A stretch of DNA of 64,000 bases from Bacteroidota bacterium (GTDB lineage: Bacteria; Bacteroidota; Bacteroidia; Chitinophagales; Saprospiraceae): the NCBI GenBank assembly GCA_038523965.1, contig JBCBIX010000001.1, positions 2,896 through 66,895 of the forward strand. The letters run 5' to 3'. Both the position numbers and the translations under genes were made by a program. Under the pieces are notes generated by a model. That model did no database searches. It worked only from the letters and a program-made list of their open reading frames with translations, and had not been told where the DNA came from. Shown piece by piece: positions 38,305 through 48,499 of the stretch. How positions within the stretch are numbered: the first letter of the stretch is position 1; the number at the start of each line of letters is the position of its first letter.

Positions 38305-38596
38305 GGTCAGTTGTTTTACTTAGATGTTAATAGTTAATAAAAGTCAACAATCGCGGCTAAAAATAGAAAGTTTTACCAAAGATGGATGTAGACCCAAAGT
38401 ATTTTTTGGAGGGCCTAAAACCCTTACATAAAACCTTCTTTTTGACCAAATATGGCGTATAAAGTTTTCTCAAAACTCATTGATTACGAGGGACTTATTA
38501 ACCAGATGAGGGAAAAACTATTTTGGGTGTGTGAGTCTTCAAAAATCACATGATAATACCTCATCATATGTGGTAAAGAGACGAATATAGTAGCAC

Positions 38597-39229
38597 CTAC
38601 TTTCGCCCAAAATCCGCCGGAATCTCTCCCCACTTTTTGGTCTCCCATTTTAGGATCTTATTCGTCCAAGACGACTTATTCATCCATTCTTCAGCGCGAT
38701 CGAATAACTCGAATAACTCCTTATTACTTGATCGCCGCTCGAGAGTGGTTTTGGTCTTCCGATTTCGCAACCAAGCTAAGGCAGTTCTACTGTCGGAATA
38801 AATAGGAATGTTATGCATTCCTTGCTTTTGTAACCACGCGATGCCATGTATCAAGGCCATAAACTCCCCAACATTGTTCGTACCCCACTCATATGGCCCT
38901 CTATGAAAAACCTCAGTCCGATCTTGAGTCCATACACCGCGGTACTCCATAACACCTGGACTCCCAGAACAGGCGGCGTCTACAGATAGACTATCCCAGA
39001 TGATACCTTCGGTGCTAAACTCGGTCATGACAGAAGACTTTGGGCCTGTGCCAATATGATCTGTTGCTGCTTGGTCAAATGCTTGTTGAGCTGCCTGAAG
39101 TGATCTAAATGACTTGTACTTCGCTCCAGGATACCCCTGAATCTGAAGTTTGCATTGATCCCAGGAGTCATAGATACCTGGAGTAGCTCCTACCCAAACG
39201 ACGTAGAACTTTTGCTTTTTCTTTGCCAT
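38597..39229 (-). CDS. rnhA: ribonuclease HI with N-terminal hybrid-binding (Cauli_VI-like) domain
   Basis: I prefer the Met at 39229 (MAKKKQKFYVVWVGATPGIYDSWDQCKLQIQGYPGAKYKSF). The RNase H core motifs are VDAACSG, NNVGEFMAL and IYSDS. Confidence 0.85.
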   Translation of the reverse strand: MAKKKQKFYVVWVGATPGIYDSWDQCKLQIQGYPGAKYKSFRSLQAAQQAFDQAATDHIGTGPKSSVMTEFSTEGIIWDSLSVDAACSGSPGVMEYRGVWTQDRTEVFHRGPYEWGTNNVGEFMALIHGIAWLQKQGMHNIPIYSDSRTALAWLRNRKTKTTLERRSSNKELFELFDRAEEWMNKSSWTNKILKWETKKWGEIPADFGRK

Positions 39230-39250
39230 GCTTACTACAAAAGGCATTTG

Positions 39251-40018
39251 ATGTACATAGATACTCACGCGCATATATATACACCCCAATTCGCTGACGA
39301 ATATGATGACATTATCAGCAGAGCAGTTGATGTTGGTGTCGAACGCATCATCATGCCAAACATTGATTTAACAACTGTGGAGTCGATGATGGAGCTATCG
39401 CGCCGTTATCCACAGTCCTGCCTGCCCATGATTGGTCTACACCCATGTTCTGTAACAGAGGCATACCTGCAAGACCTTGACTCACTGCAGCCTTACTTGG
39501 AGGACCAGGAAGTCGTTGGAGTTGGTGAGATCGGAATCGACTTATACTGGGACAAAACCTTTGTCAAAGCACAAAAGGATGCATTTCGTATCCAGGTGAA
39601 TTGGGCTCGAGAACGACAAGTTCCTATAGCCATACATAGTCGAGATTCGATTGAGATGACGATTGATATCATCACAGAGATGCAAGATGGGAGACTACGT
39701 GGCATATTCCACTGTTTCACCTCAGGATCAGAAGAGGCAAAGCGGATTGTAAACCTTGGTTTTCACGTAGGTATCGGAGGTGTAGCGACTTTTAAGAAGA
39801 GTACTGACCTTCGAAAAACGATTGCCTCTATCCCGATGGACAGCATCGTACTTGAGACTGACGCTCCTTACTTGAGTCCATCACCTTATCGGGGTAAGCG
39901 AAATGAGAGCAGCTACTTACCTCATATTGCCGAAGTGGTCTCAACTTCCAAAGAAACATCACTTGAAGAGGTACGTAATCGTACAACTGAAAATGCTAAG
40001 ACATTATTCGGCCTGTAA
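39251..40018 (+). CDS. TatD family hydrolase
   Basis: I prefer the Met at 39251 (MYIDTHAHIY). GEIGIDLYW, IHSRD, HCFTSG and ETDAPYL are also present. Confidence 0.9.
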   Translation: MYIDTHAHIYTPQFADEYDDIISRAVDVGVERIIMPNIDLTTVESMMELSRRYPQSCLPMIGLHPCSVTEAYLQDLDSLQPYLEDQEVVGVGEIGIDLYWDKTFVKAQKDAFRIQVNWARERQVPIAIHSRDSIEMTIDIITEMQDGRLRGIFHCFTSGSEEAKRIVNLGFHVGIGGVATFKKSTDLRKTIASIPMDSIVLETDAPYLSPSPYRGKRNESSYLPHIAEVVSTSKETSLEEVRNRTTENAKTLFGL

Positions 40019-40039
40019 TGGTACTTTTGCGCTCCCAAA

Positions 40040-40127
40040 GGAGAGGTGCTCGAGTGGCTGAAGAGGTACGCCTGGAAAGCGTATATACCCTAACCGGGTA
40101 TCGAGGGTTCGAATCCCTCTCTCTCCG
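40040..40127 (+). tRNA. tRNA-Ser (anticodon GGA), long variable arm, no encoded CCA
   Basis: GGAGAGG-TG-CTCGAGTGGCTGAAGAG ... TACGC-CTGGAAA-GCGTA, then a long variable arm, then GAGGG-TTCGAAT-CCCTC-TCTCTCC-G. Acceptor pairing checked by hand (7 bp, one G-U). Confidence 0.9.
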
Positions 40128-40163
40128 CTTTTTCACTCCGTTTCGAATAGCAACTTAACGTCG

Positions 40164-42701
40164 TTATATGATGATCGCCTTTTGGGTTGCCACTCCTTGG
40201 TTAGTAGCTATCTCTACGATGTAAAGCCCCGGTGTCCAACCAGCCGTTATGATTTCCCTTGTCACCGCGGTCGTATTTGATGCTGACATCTCCTCATCAT
40301 GGATTAATCTTCCATTCATATCAAGCACTCGAAGCCCTCTGATATCCACGGCCTCATCAAATGCATAGTTTACCACGAACGATCCAGAGGACGGATTCGG
40401 AGTTATACTCTGCTCATCCAAGACGGCGATATCAATCACATTCGTCGTGATATCCACATCCTGTATACTTAGATTATCAATGACCCATCCCCAGCCAAAA
40501 GCCGCTGGATCAGAGAAAAGCCGAAACCTAACCAGTATGGTGTCTCCCGCGATGAAGTTCTCGTTGTCCGTAATGTTTAGGCGGCGAGCCTGGTACAAGG
40601 TTTGATTACCTGTCGCATTGGAGATACATTCCGGTATGTTAGATACCTCAGGGCAAGGGCTCCAGTCACTATTATAGGCGTCTAACCATGCCCCAGAGGA
40701 CCTGGCATCATACCCATTAATGAATGGTATCCACTCAGTACCGCTTACTTGACGCCCTTCTACGACTACGTAATCCCAAAACTCAGACTCAGGAAATGGT
40801 ACCCCTAACTCTCCTGGCTCGACCAATGCTATCTCATCAAAAGAGATACGATCGTTATCAGAACTGACGATAATGGGATTGCGAAGTTGATAGGTGAGAT
40901 TAAACTGACTCACCCCACGAGAAGCCGCATCTCCATACGGATGTAAGCTGTGCAATGCTGCATCATCAAATCCATCTTCCTCGCGAACACTAAATCCTTC
41001 GCCTATGAAGTCATCATCGCCCAATCCATCATTGAAATCGTTTAGATAAGTCAAAATCGGACGTGGAATCGGGATTATATCAATTACGAACCTCCCTGTT
41101 TCAGGAAGAACAGCCACATTCGACAGCGAAGATGCATCCACAGCCTCGATGCGATAGGACAGTACATCCAGGGTGTCTAAGTCTCTTGGGAAGGTATATG
41201 TGCCTTCGAAGACAAGTGAGTTAAAATCATTAATGGCAGGAAGCAACGGAAGAACCTCATCATCCTGGCCTGTCAGCGAAATCACCGCAAAGGCCGTATC
41301 AATCCCAGTGAATTGGTCAGTTAGTGTTGCCGTTATCTGCAGTTCAGATTCATTTTCGTTGATTCGTTCTATCGGAACATGCGATATCTCAGGTTTGATT
41401 GTATCCTGCCCCCAAGTGAAAGAGTAAAAAACCTGCGGCGCAGAAAATGGATTGCTTACGCTGATATTACGATTGTCTCTGACAGAATAATAGTAATTGA
41501 TCGTACGCGGCTCACCTATGGCCTCAAGTGTTGTACTAAAGATGTTTGTTTCGCCATTGGGGACGAGATCAACACGATTCAGATTAAACAGACTGAACTC
41601 ACCTTCGAACCAAAAGAGTTGCAAGGTGCTTGTGTCGAATCCAAAGTCAGAAAGCACCTCCACTGTGAATTCGAAATCCTGATTGACGTCTTCTTCGAAT
41701 ATATCGTGCGTGCGATTAATCAATGTCCGACTCCATCCGCAGTCGTATAGTATATCAGTTGAAATTCCTGGATCGTGGTTAATCTCATTAGGCGCGGCAA
41801 ATGGTGTCATGAGTCCATTCTCAGATTGTGAGAAAGTCTCCTCATCAAGGTGGCTGATACTGGAACCTTCGTCCCAACTACGAGGAGCATAGATTTCTGG
41901 GATGTCATTAGGAGTATTGATATTAAAGAAATCACTCGCAAAGAATAAGTCCTGACTTCTTAATGCAGCTCCTAACTCAAAAGAGCCATTCTCAAAATCA
42001 TCAACCAGGTTCAGCCCATCTCCTGTCTCGAGTAAGCGATCATAAATGAATGCGTTTACCCCAAACTGATTGGTACCAAGGGTGCCTTGAACGTCTGATA
42101 AGGATAGAAATCCTAAGCCATGTAAGATCTCGTGCATGACGACTGTGACAAAGTCAAATCGTCCGTTGATCATCGCAGGATTCTCAAAGTCGTAATACCA
42201 ATCTATGGTATTAGAGATGTTAACCACGATATCGATCTCCCCAGGTCCATTGAAGCTGCGCTCAAGAATTTTTTCAGCTAAGGGGATAGGGAAAAAAGTA
42301 TTGTTAGGCAACCCACCACCTGTTATCGTTACAAAATCCGTGGGTCCAGCCGAAGCTAACGCATTGGTCTGAACATACCTCGCAAGAACATTTATAGGCA
42401 CATCCGAAGGGAATAACTCCTCCAATATGCTGATCATGTACTCGAAAGGTTCTACCGCCTCATCTGGGAAGTCTTGGTAGGTCACAATCATATCCGACAA
42501 CTTCAAGCCCTTCGTTCGCTTACGCTTGTATGGGTTGTACACATTGTTAGGAGTATGAGTATGAGGACAGGTAACCATAGCACCATGACCAAGTCGCTGG
42601 ATCAGGTATCTCTCCTTTCCCTTCATCATCACTTCTTGTCCATCGATGGTCGAAGCGACCAACATGAATAGGGCTAAAACTGCAACTAATCCTTTAATCA
42701 T
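40164..42701 (-). CDS. secreted zinc metalloprotease (HExxH) with T9SS C-terminal sorting domain
   Basis: Signal peptide. The zinc motif VVMHEILHGLGFLS (HExxHxxGF) is reminiscent of leishmanolysin-type sites. The C-terminus SITPNPSSGSFVVNYAF ... GLYIVEIATNQGVATQKAIII is typical of a T9SS CTD. Confidence 0.75.
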   Translation of the reverse strand: MIKGLVAVLALFMLVASTIDGQEVMMKGKERYLIQRLGHGAMVTCPHTHTPNNVYNPYKRKRTKGLKLSDMIVTYQDFPDEAVEPFEYMISILEELFPSDVPINVLARYVQTNALASAGPTDFVTITGGGLPNNTFFPIPLAEKILERSFNGPGEIDIVVNISNTIDWYYDFENPAMINGRFDFVTVVMHEILHGLGFLSLSDVQGTLGTNQFGVNAFIYDRLLETGDGLNLVDDFENGSFELGAALRSQDLFFASDFFNINTPNDIPEIYAPRSWDEGSSISHLDEETFSQSENGLMTPFAAPNEINHDPGISTDILYDCGWSRTLINRTHDIFEEDVNQDFEFTVEVLSDFGFDTSTLQLFWFEGEFSLFNLNRVDLVPNGETNIFSTTLEAIGEPRTINYYYSVRDNRNISVSNPFSAPQVFYSFTWGQDTIKPEISHVPIERINENESELQITATLTDQFTGIDTAFAVISLTGQDDEVLPLLPAINDFNSLVFEGTYTFPRDLDTLDVLSYRIEAVDASSLSNVAVLPETGRFVIDIIPIPRPILTYLNDFNDGLGDDDFIGEGFSVREEDGFDDAALHSLHPYGDAASRGVSQFNLTYQLRNPIIVSSDNDRISFDEIALVEPGELGVPFPESEFWDYVVVEGRQVSGTEWIPFINGYDARSSGAWLDAYNSDWSPCPEVSNIPECISNATGNQTLYQARRLNITDNENFIAGDTILVRFRLFSDPAAFGWGWVIDNLSIQDVDITTNVIDIAVLDEQSITPNPSSGSFVVNYAFDEAVDIRGLRVLDMNGRLIHDEEMSASNTTAVTREIITAGWTPGLYIVEIATNQGVATQKAIII

Positions 42702-42792
42702 ATCCTTCCAATTCTACTGGTCAATATCTGAATTAATGACAAAAGGCCGGGAATAGATCCCAGCCTTCTGCGCTTGCTATTTACTTAGATCA

Positions 42793-43620
42793 TTACGCTG
42801 GTGTGAGCGTGAGACTCCACATGAGCCCTTCTCCACCACAACAATTCAACGTGACATTCATGACGATTTCTTTCGTCTCTTCGTTAGCTGTTCCTGTAAT
42901 CGTAGCAGCAGTGCCCTCAGACTGGGCTGGAGCAGAGATTGCCCCACAGATCACTGAAAACTCATACGCAACTGGTTCACCAAATGCCAAGGCCGCATAA
43001 TCATCGATGAGATAATTACCATTGCCATCTGCATCCGAAATCTCAACGGTACCTGAGGCCCCATCCAAGAATCCAGTACCCGTGAAGTTGTATGTACCTG
43101 CTAAATCCGAGGCACAGTCAGCATCAGCGATGTTAATCGTAACCCTCTTAAACAAATCTCCTTGTCCAGCATCCACAGGAATTCCAGATGCAGCAGAAGC
43201 ACTGGTTAGGACGATATCAAGAGTCTTGTCACCGTCGATCACTCCGTCGGCCAGTAGATCCACGACCAAGGTTGCTGTTGTAATCTGGTCACTCGACGCA
43301 TCGTGGAACAGTGTAATGCTGCCGCCCGATGCTGACGCGCCTTCTATGCTAAAATCAGTACCAAACTGTGCTGTTCCTTCAAAAGTGTAATTCACCGTAA
43401 CATCTGTAGCAGCAGGGAACACATACTCTAAGAGTAACTCCTGCACCCCCGCGAGCTCATTCAGATCAAATACCTCGTCTTGCCCATTGTCAAAACGCAC
43501 AAATGAATTAGCCGTCTCAGCAGCCAGTACTGTTGGCTCATCAGTAAAGGAATCATGCTCGCACGATGTCATCAATCCTGACAAGATCAGTACGGCACTT
43601 ATATATATTACTATTCTCAT
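42793..43620 (-). CDS. lipoprotein with Calx-beta-like domain (SusD-adjacent surface protein)
   Basis: Lipobox LSGLMTSC. VTVNYTFEGTAQFGTDFSIEG ... DKTLDIVLTSA resembles a Calx-beta repeat. It lies immediately downstream of SusD. Confidence 0.6.
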   Translation of the reverse strand: MRIVIYISAVLILSGLMTSCEHDSFTDEPTVLAAETANSFVRFDNGQDEVFDLNELAGVQELLLEYVFPAATDVTVNYTFEGTAQFGTDFSIEGASASGGSITLFHDASSDQITTATLVVDLLADGVIDGDKTLDIVLTSASAASGIPVDAGQGDLFKRVTINIADADCASDLAGTYNFTGTGFLDGASGTVEISDADGNGNYLIDDYAALAFGEPVAYEFSVICGAISAPAQSEGTAATITGTANEETKEIVMNVTLNCCGGEGLMWSLTLTPA

Positions 43621-43650
43621 GTTTTGTCTTTTGTCGTTTAGAGGTCTTGA

Positions 43651-45108
43651 TTAATTCTCATACCACATTGGACTCTCCAATGGTGGATCAGTTGGTGTAT
43701 TCGGATTAGCACCCTTCTCATCCGGTGGGTAAAAGAAACGACGGATGACATCTGTCAACTGAGAGTTCTGCGGAACTACTAAATCTGGAACCTTGGTACG
43801 TCTCCATTGTGTCCATCCCTCAGGCATTCTCCAGAAGTTAGACAGATACAGCTGGATATGAATCGCTCTTAGGGCATCCGCACCGCTCAAACTCTCTAAT
43901 GGAGCCAGGCTATTAATGTAACCCTCTTTCTCAGCTGGAGCGATGGCACCAGGCTTATTATCATAATAATCCATAGACTGCATGATTGCCTTACGGTACA
44001 TCGCATCTGCCGCTGCCATACCACCAGGAGCAAAACCTCGAGCGATGGCCTCAGCCTGTAGAAGATTTATCGATGAAGCAATCACATATCGATCTGGGAA
44101 ATCAGGTCGCAGGATATTCAAACTAACAACGCTACAGTCACCACAATCACCGAAAGATCCTGGGGATGCACCTGGACGGAATTCTCCTGATCCAACGACA
44201 TCTGGTTCATCTGACTCGTCATAATATGTAGAGATACGAGGATCATTTAGCTCTTCTAATACACCCTGAAGCGTAGTAGAACCGATCCACCACTCTGGGT
44301 TAGACCCACCTGAGAAGCGATTCAGTGTGTTCCAAATCGGATTGTAGTCTCCCGGGGCATCGTAGTATTGGAATTCCGCTTCGAATTCTAATTCATCGAT
44401 TAATGGCTGTGTCATCGTTTCAGCGATTTGAGAAGCGACGCTTTGATCCTTATTCGCTAACAGCATTAAGGCCTTCAACTTAATCGAATTCGCAAAACGC
44501 TCCCAATTACCCATATTTCCTCCGAAGACAAGGTCTCCAGACGTCACTCGTATCGCATCTTCTGAGCGATCAATAAGAGCAACAGCTGCGTCCATCTGTG
44601 TAACGAGACCTCGTAGTACAGTCTCCTGATCATCATATCCTGGCGTTGGAAAATCAGCATTAACCGCTTCCGAAAACGGAATATCCTCCCATAGATTAAC
44701 CAGTATGTAATAGATAAACCCCTGGAGGATTTGGCTTTGTGCCACGATATTGTTGTTTGGCGGCTCGGCTGCTGCAGCGTCTTGCTCTACCAGATCAAGG
44801 TTCTTCAGTCCAATTGAGTAAAGATTGGACCACACGTTACCCACTAAGAAGGTATTACCCAACTCACCGAGAGCCATATCGCCAAATACACCAAAAGCTG
44901 GCTCTACATACTGCACGATGGCAGCTGTACGTCCTGTGGTTTCGATGGTTCTGTTGTTACTAAGGTTCACCAATACCTCGGTGAACAGTAGGTCACCGTT
45001 GGCGCTTGTCGCAGCCAATGGATCGACATTAATGTTAAGTGCGTCATCACATCCGAAATACATGAAGCTGGACGCGATCACAAGCACTGTCAGGATTAAA
45101 TTTTTCAT
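43651..45108 (-). CDS. SusD/RagB family nutrient-binding outer membrane lipoprotein
   Basis: Lipobox FMYFGCDD, helical TPR-like SusD body, and position directly downstream of SusC. Confidence 0.85.
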   Translation of the reverse strand: MKNLILTVLVIASSFMYFGCDDALNINVDPLAATSANGDLLFTEVLVNLSNNRTIETTGRTAAIVQYVEPAFGVFGDMALGELGNTFLVGNVWSNLYSIGLKNLDLVEQDAAAAEPPNNNIVAQSQILQGFIYYILVNLWEDIPFSEAVNADFPTPGYDDQETVLRGLVTQMDAAVALIDRSEDAIRVTSGDLVFGGNMGNWERFANSIKLKALMLLANKDQSVASQIAETMTQPLIDELEFEAEFQYYDAPGDYNPIWNTLNRFSGGSNPEWWIGSTTLQGVLEELNDPRISTYYDESDEPDVVGSGEFRPGASPGSFGDCGDCSVVSLNILRPDFPDRYVIASSINLLQAEAIARGFAPGGMAAADAMYRKAIMQSMDYYDNKPGAIAPAEKEGYINSLAPLESLSGADALRAIHIQLYLSNFWRMPEGWTQWRRTKVPDLVVPQNSQLTDVIRRFFYPPDEKGANPNTPTDPPLESPMWYEN

Positions 45109-45133
45109 TCTTATTACGTATTAGATTTTTTGG

Positions 45134-48100
45134 TTAGAAAGTGATTCTAATGTTACCTCCGATAGACCTTGCTGTCGGTGGACTGTTGAATTCAATTCCT
45201 GCTCCGTCATTAGCAGATCCGAACAAGTTGGTTTCTGGATCGATATGAGGTATTTCACTATAAAGTAAGAATGGGTTACGTGCTTCAACTCCGATAGAAA
45301 TTCCTGCAAATGGAGTTTTGTCGAGGACTTTTCTTGGAATGGAATATGAGAATCCGATCTCTCTTACCTTCAAGAAACTCGCATCAAACACGTTGCCCTC
45401 GGCGATACCACCTGAGGCATAATTCTGCCAAAAGTTCTCTGTCGTCACAGGGATGTTGTTCTGCACGAGTGTTCCGTCCTCCTGCTCGATGAACGCCTCT
45501 CGGTCGATATATCCGCCTTCGCGATTGATAGCTGTCTCCGCGGCAAGACCGCTGGCACGAAGTCCCTGTACAGTCTCCGAATAGATGATACCACCGTCTC
45601 TCCAGTCAAAGGTGAATCGTAAACTCAATCCTTTCCATGTGATGTTGTTGGTCCATCCTGCGATAAAGTTTGGATAAACGTCTCCAAGACGATCATTCTC
45701 ACCCGTCTGACGAAGTCCAGTAGTTGGATCGACGATAATCGCAGTCGAATCAGTAGAAGCGCGACGGAACTTGTTACCGTATAAACCGAATGGCTGACCT
45801 GGCTCAGCGACTACCTGGATGCTATTGAAACCACTATTCACAACCAACCGATCAACGCCTTCACCCAAATCATCCACTAAGAAATCGTTCTTCGTGAATG
45901 TGAGTAGCGTGTTCCAGTTGAAGTCAGTTGTAGAAAGGATGTCTGCGTTAACCTCCACCTCGATACCCTGGTTAGTTACCTGACCTACGTTTGTGATCTG
46001 GAAGTTGTATCCAGTCGACTCAGGAATTGGCACTGCCAAAATCTGATCTTCTGTCTTCGTATCGTAGTAGGTAAAGTCTACACCGAACCTTCCTTTGAAA
46101 AATTGGAGTTCTGTACCGAATTCGATACTCGTCGTTCGCTCAGGACGCAGAGTCTGCCCTCCTGGGATCGTACCCGGGCCAGAGAATGCCAAACTTCCGT
46201 TGAACGGGAATGTCGTCCCTGTACCAAACTGTCCAAAAGCTCCTGTCTGTGGTGCAAATGTGAAATCCAACTGATATGGTCCTGTATCACTACCTACCTC
46301 AGCATAACTTGCTCGCAGCTTACCGTAGCTAAGGATGCCGCTCTCCATCTTGAAGGCATCTGTGAAGATGAATGATGCACTCGCCGATGGGTAGAAATAT
46401 GAGTTGAGATCTAATGGAAGTGTACTTGACCAGTCGTTACGTCCCGTCAGGTTCAAACTCAACCACTCCTTGTAAGTCAAGGTTACATCTCCAAATACGC
46501 CCATGAGTCTTCGCTCAGAGAAGTCATTGGATGGATTGCTCACGTCGACATTACCGAAACTAAAGAGTTGATCGACAGTTAACTGATCTCCAAATACAGT
46601 TCCTCGTTCGAATGTGCGTTGATTAAAATTATAACCCACAATAGCGCGTAGGAATAAGTCTTCACTTAGATCTCTGTTAGCAGTTGCTAAGACATTAAGA
46701 TCAAGCTGACGCTGCTGAATCTTATCCTCAGTAAAGTCTCCGAGAATTCTACCAACAGTTCCCTTTCGGTTAGATCTAAATCGATCATCAACAACATTAT
46801 CATATCCTAATCGAGCGGTAAGGTCAAACCATAATACCGGCTCATACTTGATCTCAAAGTTTCCGTATAGACGATCAACTTCAGTATTAAACTGGTTTTC
46901 GAAAGCAATCCAGTACGGATTGTTTGTCATCTCATCCAATGGATTGAGTTGCTCACCTCCTGTGGTTCCTTCTCGAATCCAAGGTTGTAAGGTTGCTATG
47001 TCGATGTTACGAGGTAAACCGTTGATCAATGAACTCAGTACGTTTGGATCATTAGCTCCCTGAGCGACACGACCTCCACTCGTTGTTCGCACATAGTTAA
47101 TACCGAATCGTGAGCTTACATTCTGAGCGAATTTCATCCCACTGGTAAAGCTGGATGTATATCTATCCAAAGTTGAACCTGGGAATATTCCTGTCTGATT
47201 CAATGCCGTAAGGCTGAGTCGAAAGTCACTTATTTCGTTTCCGCCACCGAGGGCAACATTATTGATCAATGTGGCACCAGTCTCATAAAAGTCTGCGACG
47301 TTATTAGGGAAGGCTTGGAGTGACACTTCTTCACCTCTGAAGTCGGTTACCGTTTGGCCCTCGATACGAGGTCCCCAACCGTCAAGGTCATTGGTGGCTC
47401 TGAACTTACCAGTTTGTCCTTGTGCGAATTCATTCTGAAAGTCAGGAAGACGCAGCGGATTGTCGAATCTGACCGATGAGTTGATGCTGATATCTGCTTT
47501 GTTGCCTTTGTTACCTCTCTTTGTAGTGACGATAATAGCACCATTGGCAGCTCTACTACCATACAGGGCCGCAGCGGCGGCACCTTTCAGAATGCTGATT
47601 GAGGCAATATCATCCGGGTTGATGTCTTGAGCACGATTACCCACATCAAAACCACCTGTAATTCTGCTACCAGTACTTATATTACTATCGAAGATTGGAA
47701 CTCCGTCTACGACCCAAAGAGGATTGTTATTTCCACCGAGCGACGTGATACCTCTGATGAGGATCTTCGATGATCCTCCCAAGTTTCCACTCTGGCTGGT
47801 GATCTGTACCCCGGAGGTCTTTCCTGTAAGGGCGTTAACAATGTTCGTCTCTCTCGCGACGACAAGTTCGTCTGACTTCAGCGTCGTAATGGAGTAGCCC
47901 AAGTCTTTACGATTCCGCTCGATTCCTGCCGCCGTTACGACAACCTCATCAAGTAGTTCTCCTTGGCTTAGAACGACATCGACATTAGATAATCCAGTGA
48001 TATCTACAGTCTGTGTCTCGAAACCGGTGAAGCTGATCTGAAGCTCATCAACTCCAGCAGGTACATCGATGGAAAAAGATCCATCAATATTAGTCACAGC

Positions 48101-48247
48101 TCCTGCATCAGTGCCAGGAGCTATAATGTTGGCACCAATTAGTCCCAAACCTTGCTCATCTACAACAGATCCTGTCACTGTCCGCTGCGCTGAAAGCGCT
48201 GCAGTGAGACAGAACATGCTTAACGCAAGCAGTAAAATTTTCTTCAT
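45134..48247 (-). CDS. SusC/RagA family TonB-linked outer membrane protein
   Basis: N-terminal carboxypeptidase-regulatory-like domain (VTGSVVDEQGLGLIGANI), plug motifs (ISILKGAAAAALYGSRAANGAIIVTTKRG), 1037 aa, C-terminal Phe. Confidence 0.92.
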   Translation of the reverse strand: MKKILLLALSMFCLTAALSAQRTVTGSVVDEQGLGLIGANIIAPGTDAGAVTNIDGSFSIDVPAGVDELQISFTGFETQTVDITGLSNVDVVLSQGELLDEVVVTAAGIERNRKDLGYSITTLKSDELVVARETNIVNALTGKTSGVQITSQSGNLGGSSKILIRGITSLGGNNNPLWVVDGVPIFDSNISTGSRITGGFDVGNRAQDINPDDIASISILKGAAAAALYGSRAANGAIIVTTKRGNKGNKADISINSSVRFDNPLRLPDFQNEFAQGQTGKFRATNDLDGWGPRIEGQTVTDFRGEEVSLQAFPNNVADFYETGATLINNVALGGGNEISDFRLSLTALNQTGIFPGSTLDRYTSSFTSGMKFAQNVSSRFGINYVRTTSGGRVAQGANDPNVLSSLINGLPRNIDIATLQPWIREGTTGGEQLNPLDEMTNNPYWIAFENQFNTEVDRLYGNFEIKYEPVLWFDLTARLGYDNVVDDRFRSNRKGTVGRILGDFTEDKIQQRQLDLNVLATANRDLSEDLFLRAIVGYNFNQRTFERGTVFGDQLTVDQLFSFGNVDVSNPSNDFSERRLMGVFGDVTLTYKEWLSLNLTGRNDWSSTLPLDLNSYFYPSASASFIFTDAFKMESGILSYGKLRASYAEVGSDTGPYQLDFTFAPQTGAFGQFGTGTTFPFNGSLAFSGPGTIPGGQTLRPERTTSIEFGTELQFFKGRFGVDFTYYDTKTEDQILAVPIPESTGYNFQITNVGQVTNQGIEVEVNADILSTTDFNWNTLLTFTKNDFLVDDLGEGVDRLVVNSGFNSIQVVAEPGQPFGLYGNKFRRASTDSTAIIVDPTTGLRQTGENDRLGDVYPNFIAGWTNNITWKGLSLRFTFDWRDGGIIYSETVQGLRASGLAAETAINREGGYIDREAFIEQEDGTLVQNNIPVTTENFWQNYASGGIAEGNVFDASFLKVREIGFSYSIPRKVLDKTPFAGISIGVEARNPFLLYSEIPHIDPETNLFGSANDGAGIEFNSPPTARSIGGNIRITF

Positions 48248-48436
48248 TCTCTATGTTTTGGATGAATAAATAGGTTAGCAATAGTTGCAAACTACGAGAG
48301 ACGTAACGTTGACTCAGCGACTATGGCTGCCGACTGATAACATTTCATTCAACAAATGCTTAACACAGAGTTAAGCAAAAGTGCTCGCAGCGCTACAAAT
48401 CTTAAAAAATGATTACCGATCTACCTGCAAAGAGGT

Positions 48437-48471
48437 CGAAAAAGTGTCGATTTTATCACAACGGACACTTT
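48437..48471 (-). terminator. intrinsic terminator after pdxJ
   Basis: AAAGTGTC / GACACTTT stem with a 15-nt loop. On the minus strand it is followed by TTTTTCGACC. Confidence 0.55.
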
Positions 48472-48499
48472 CTGAATGATTTTTGACTGAATTGGCGGC

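Noticed and set aside
40040-48247. Possible genomic island integrated at the 3' end of tRNA-Ser (T9SS protease plus SusC/D locus).
   Set aside because: No integrase or recombinase is present. I could not find a direct repeat of the tRNA 3' end downstream. The gene content is typical Bacteroidota chromosomal content.
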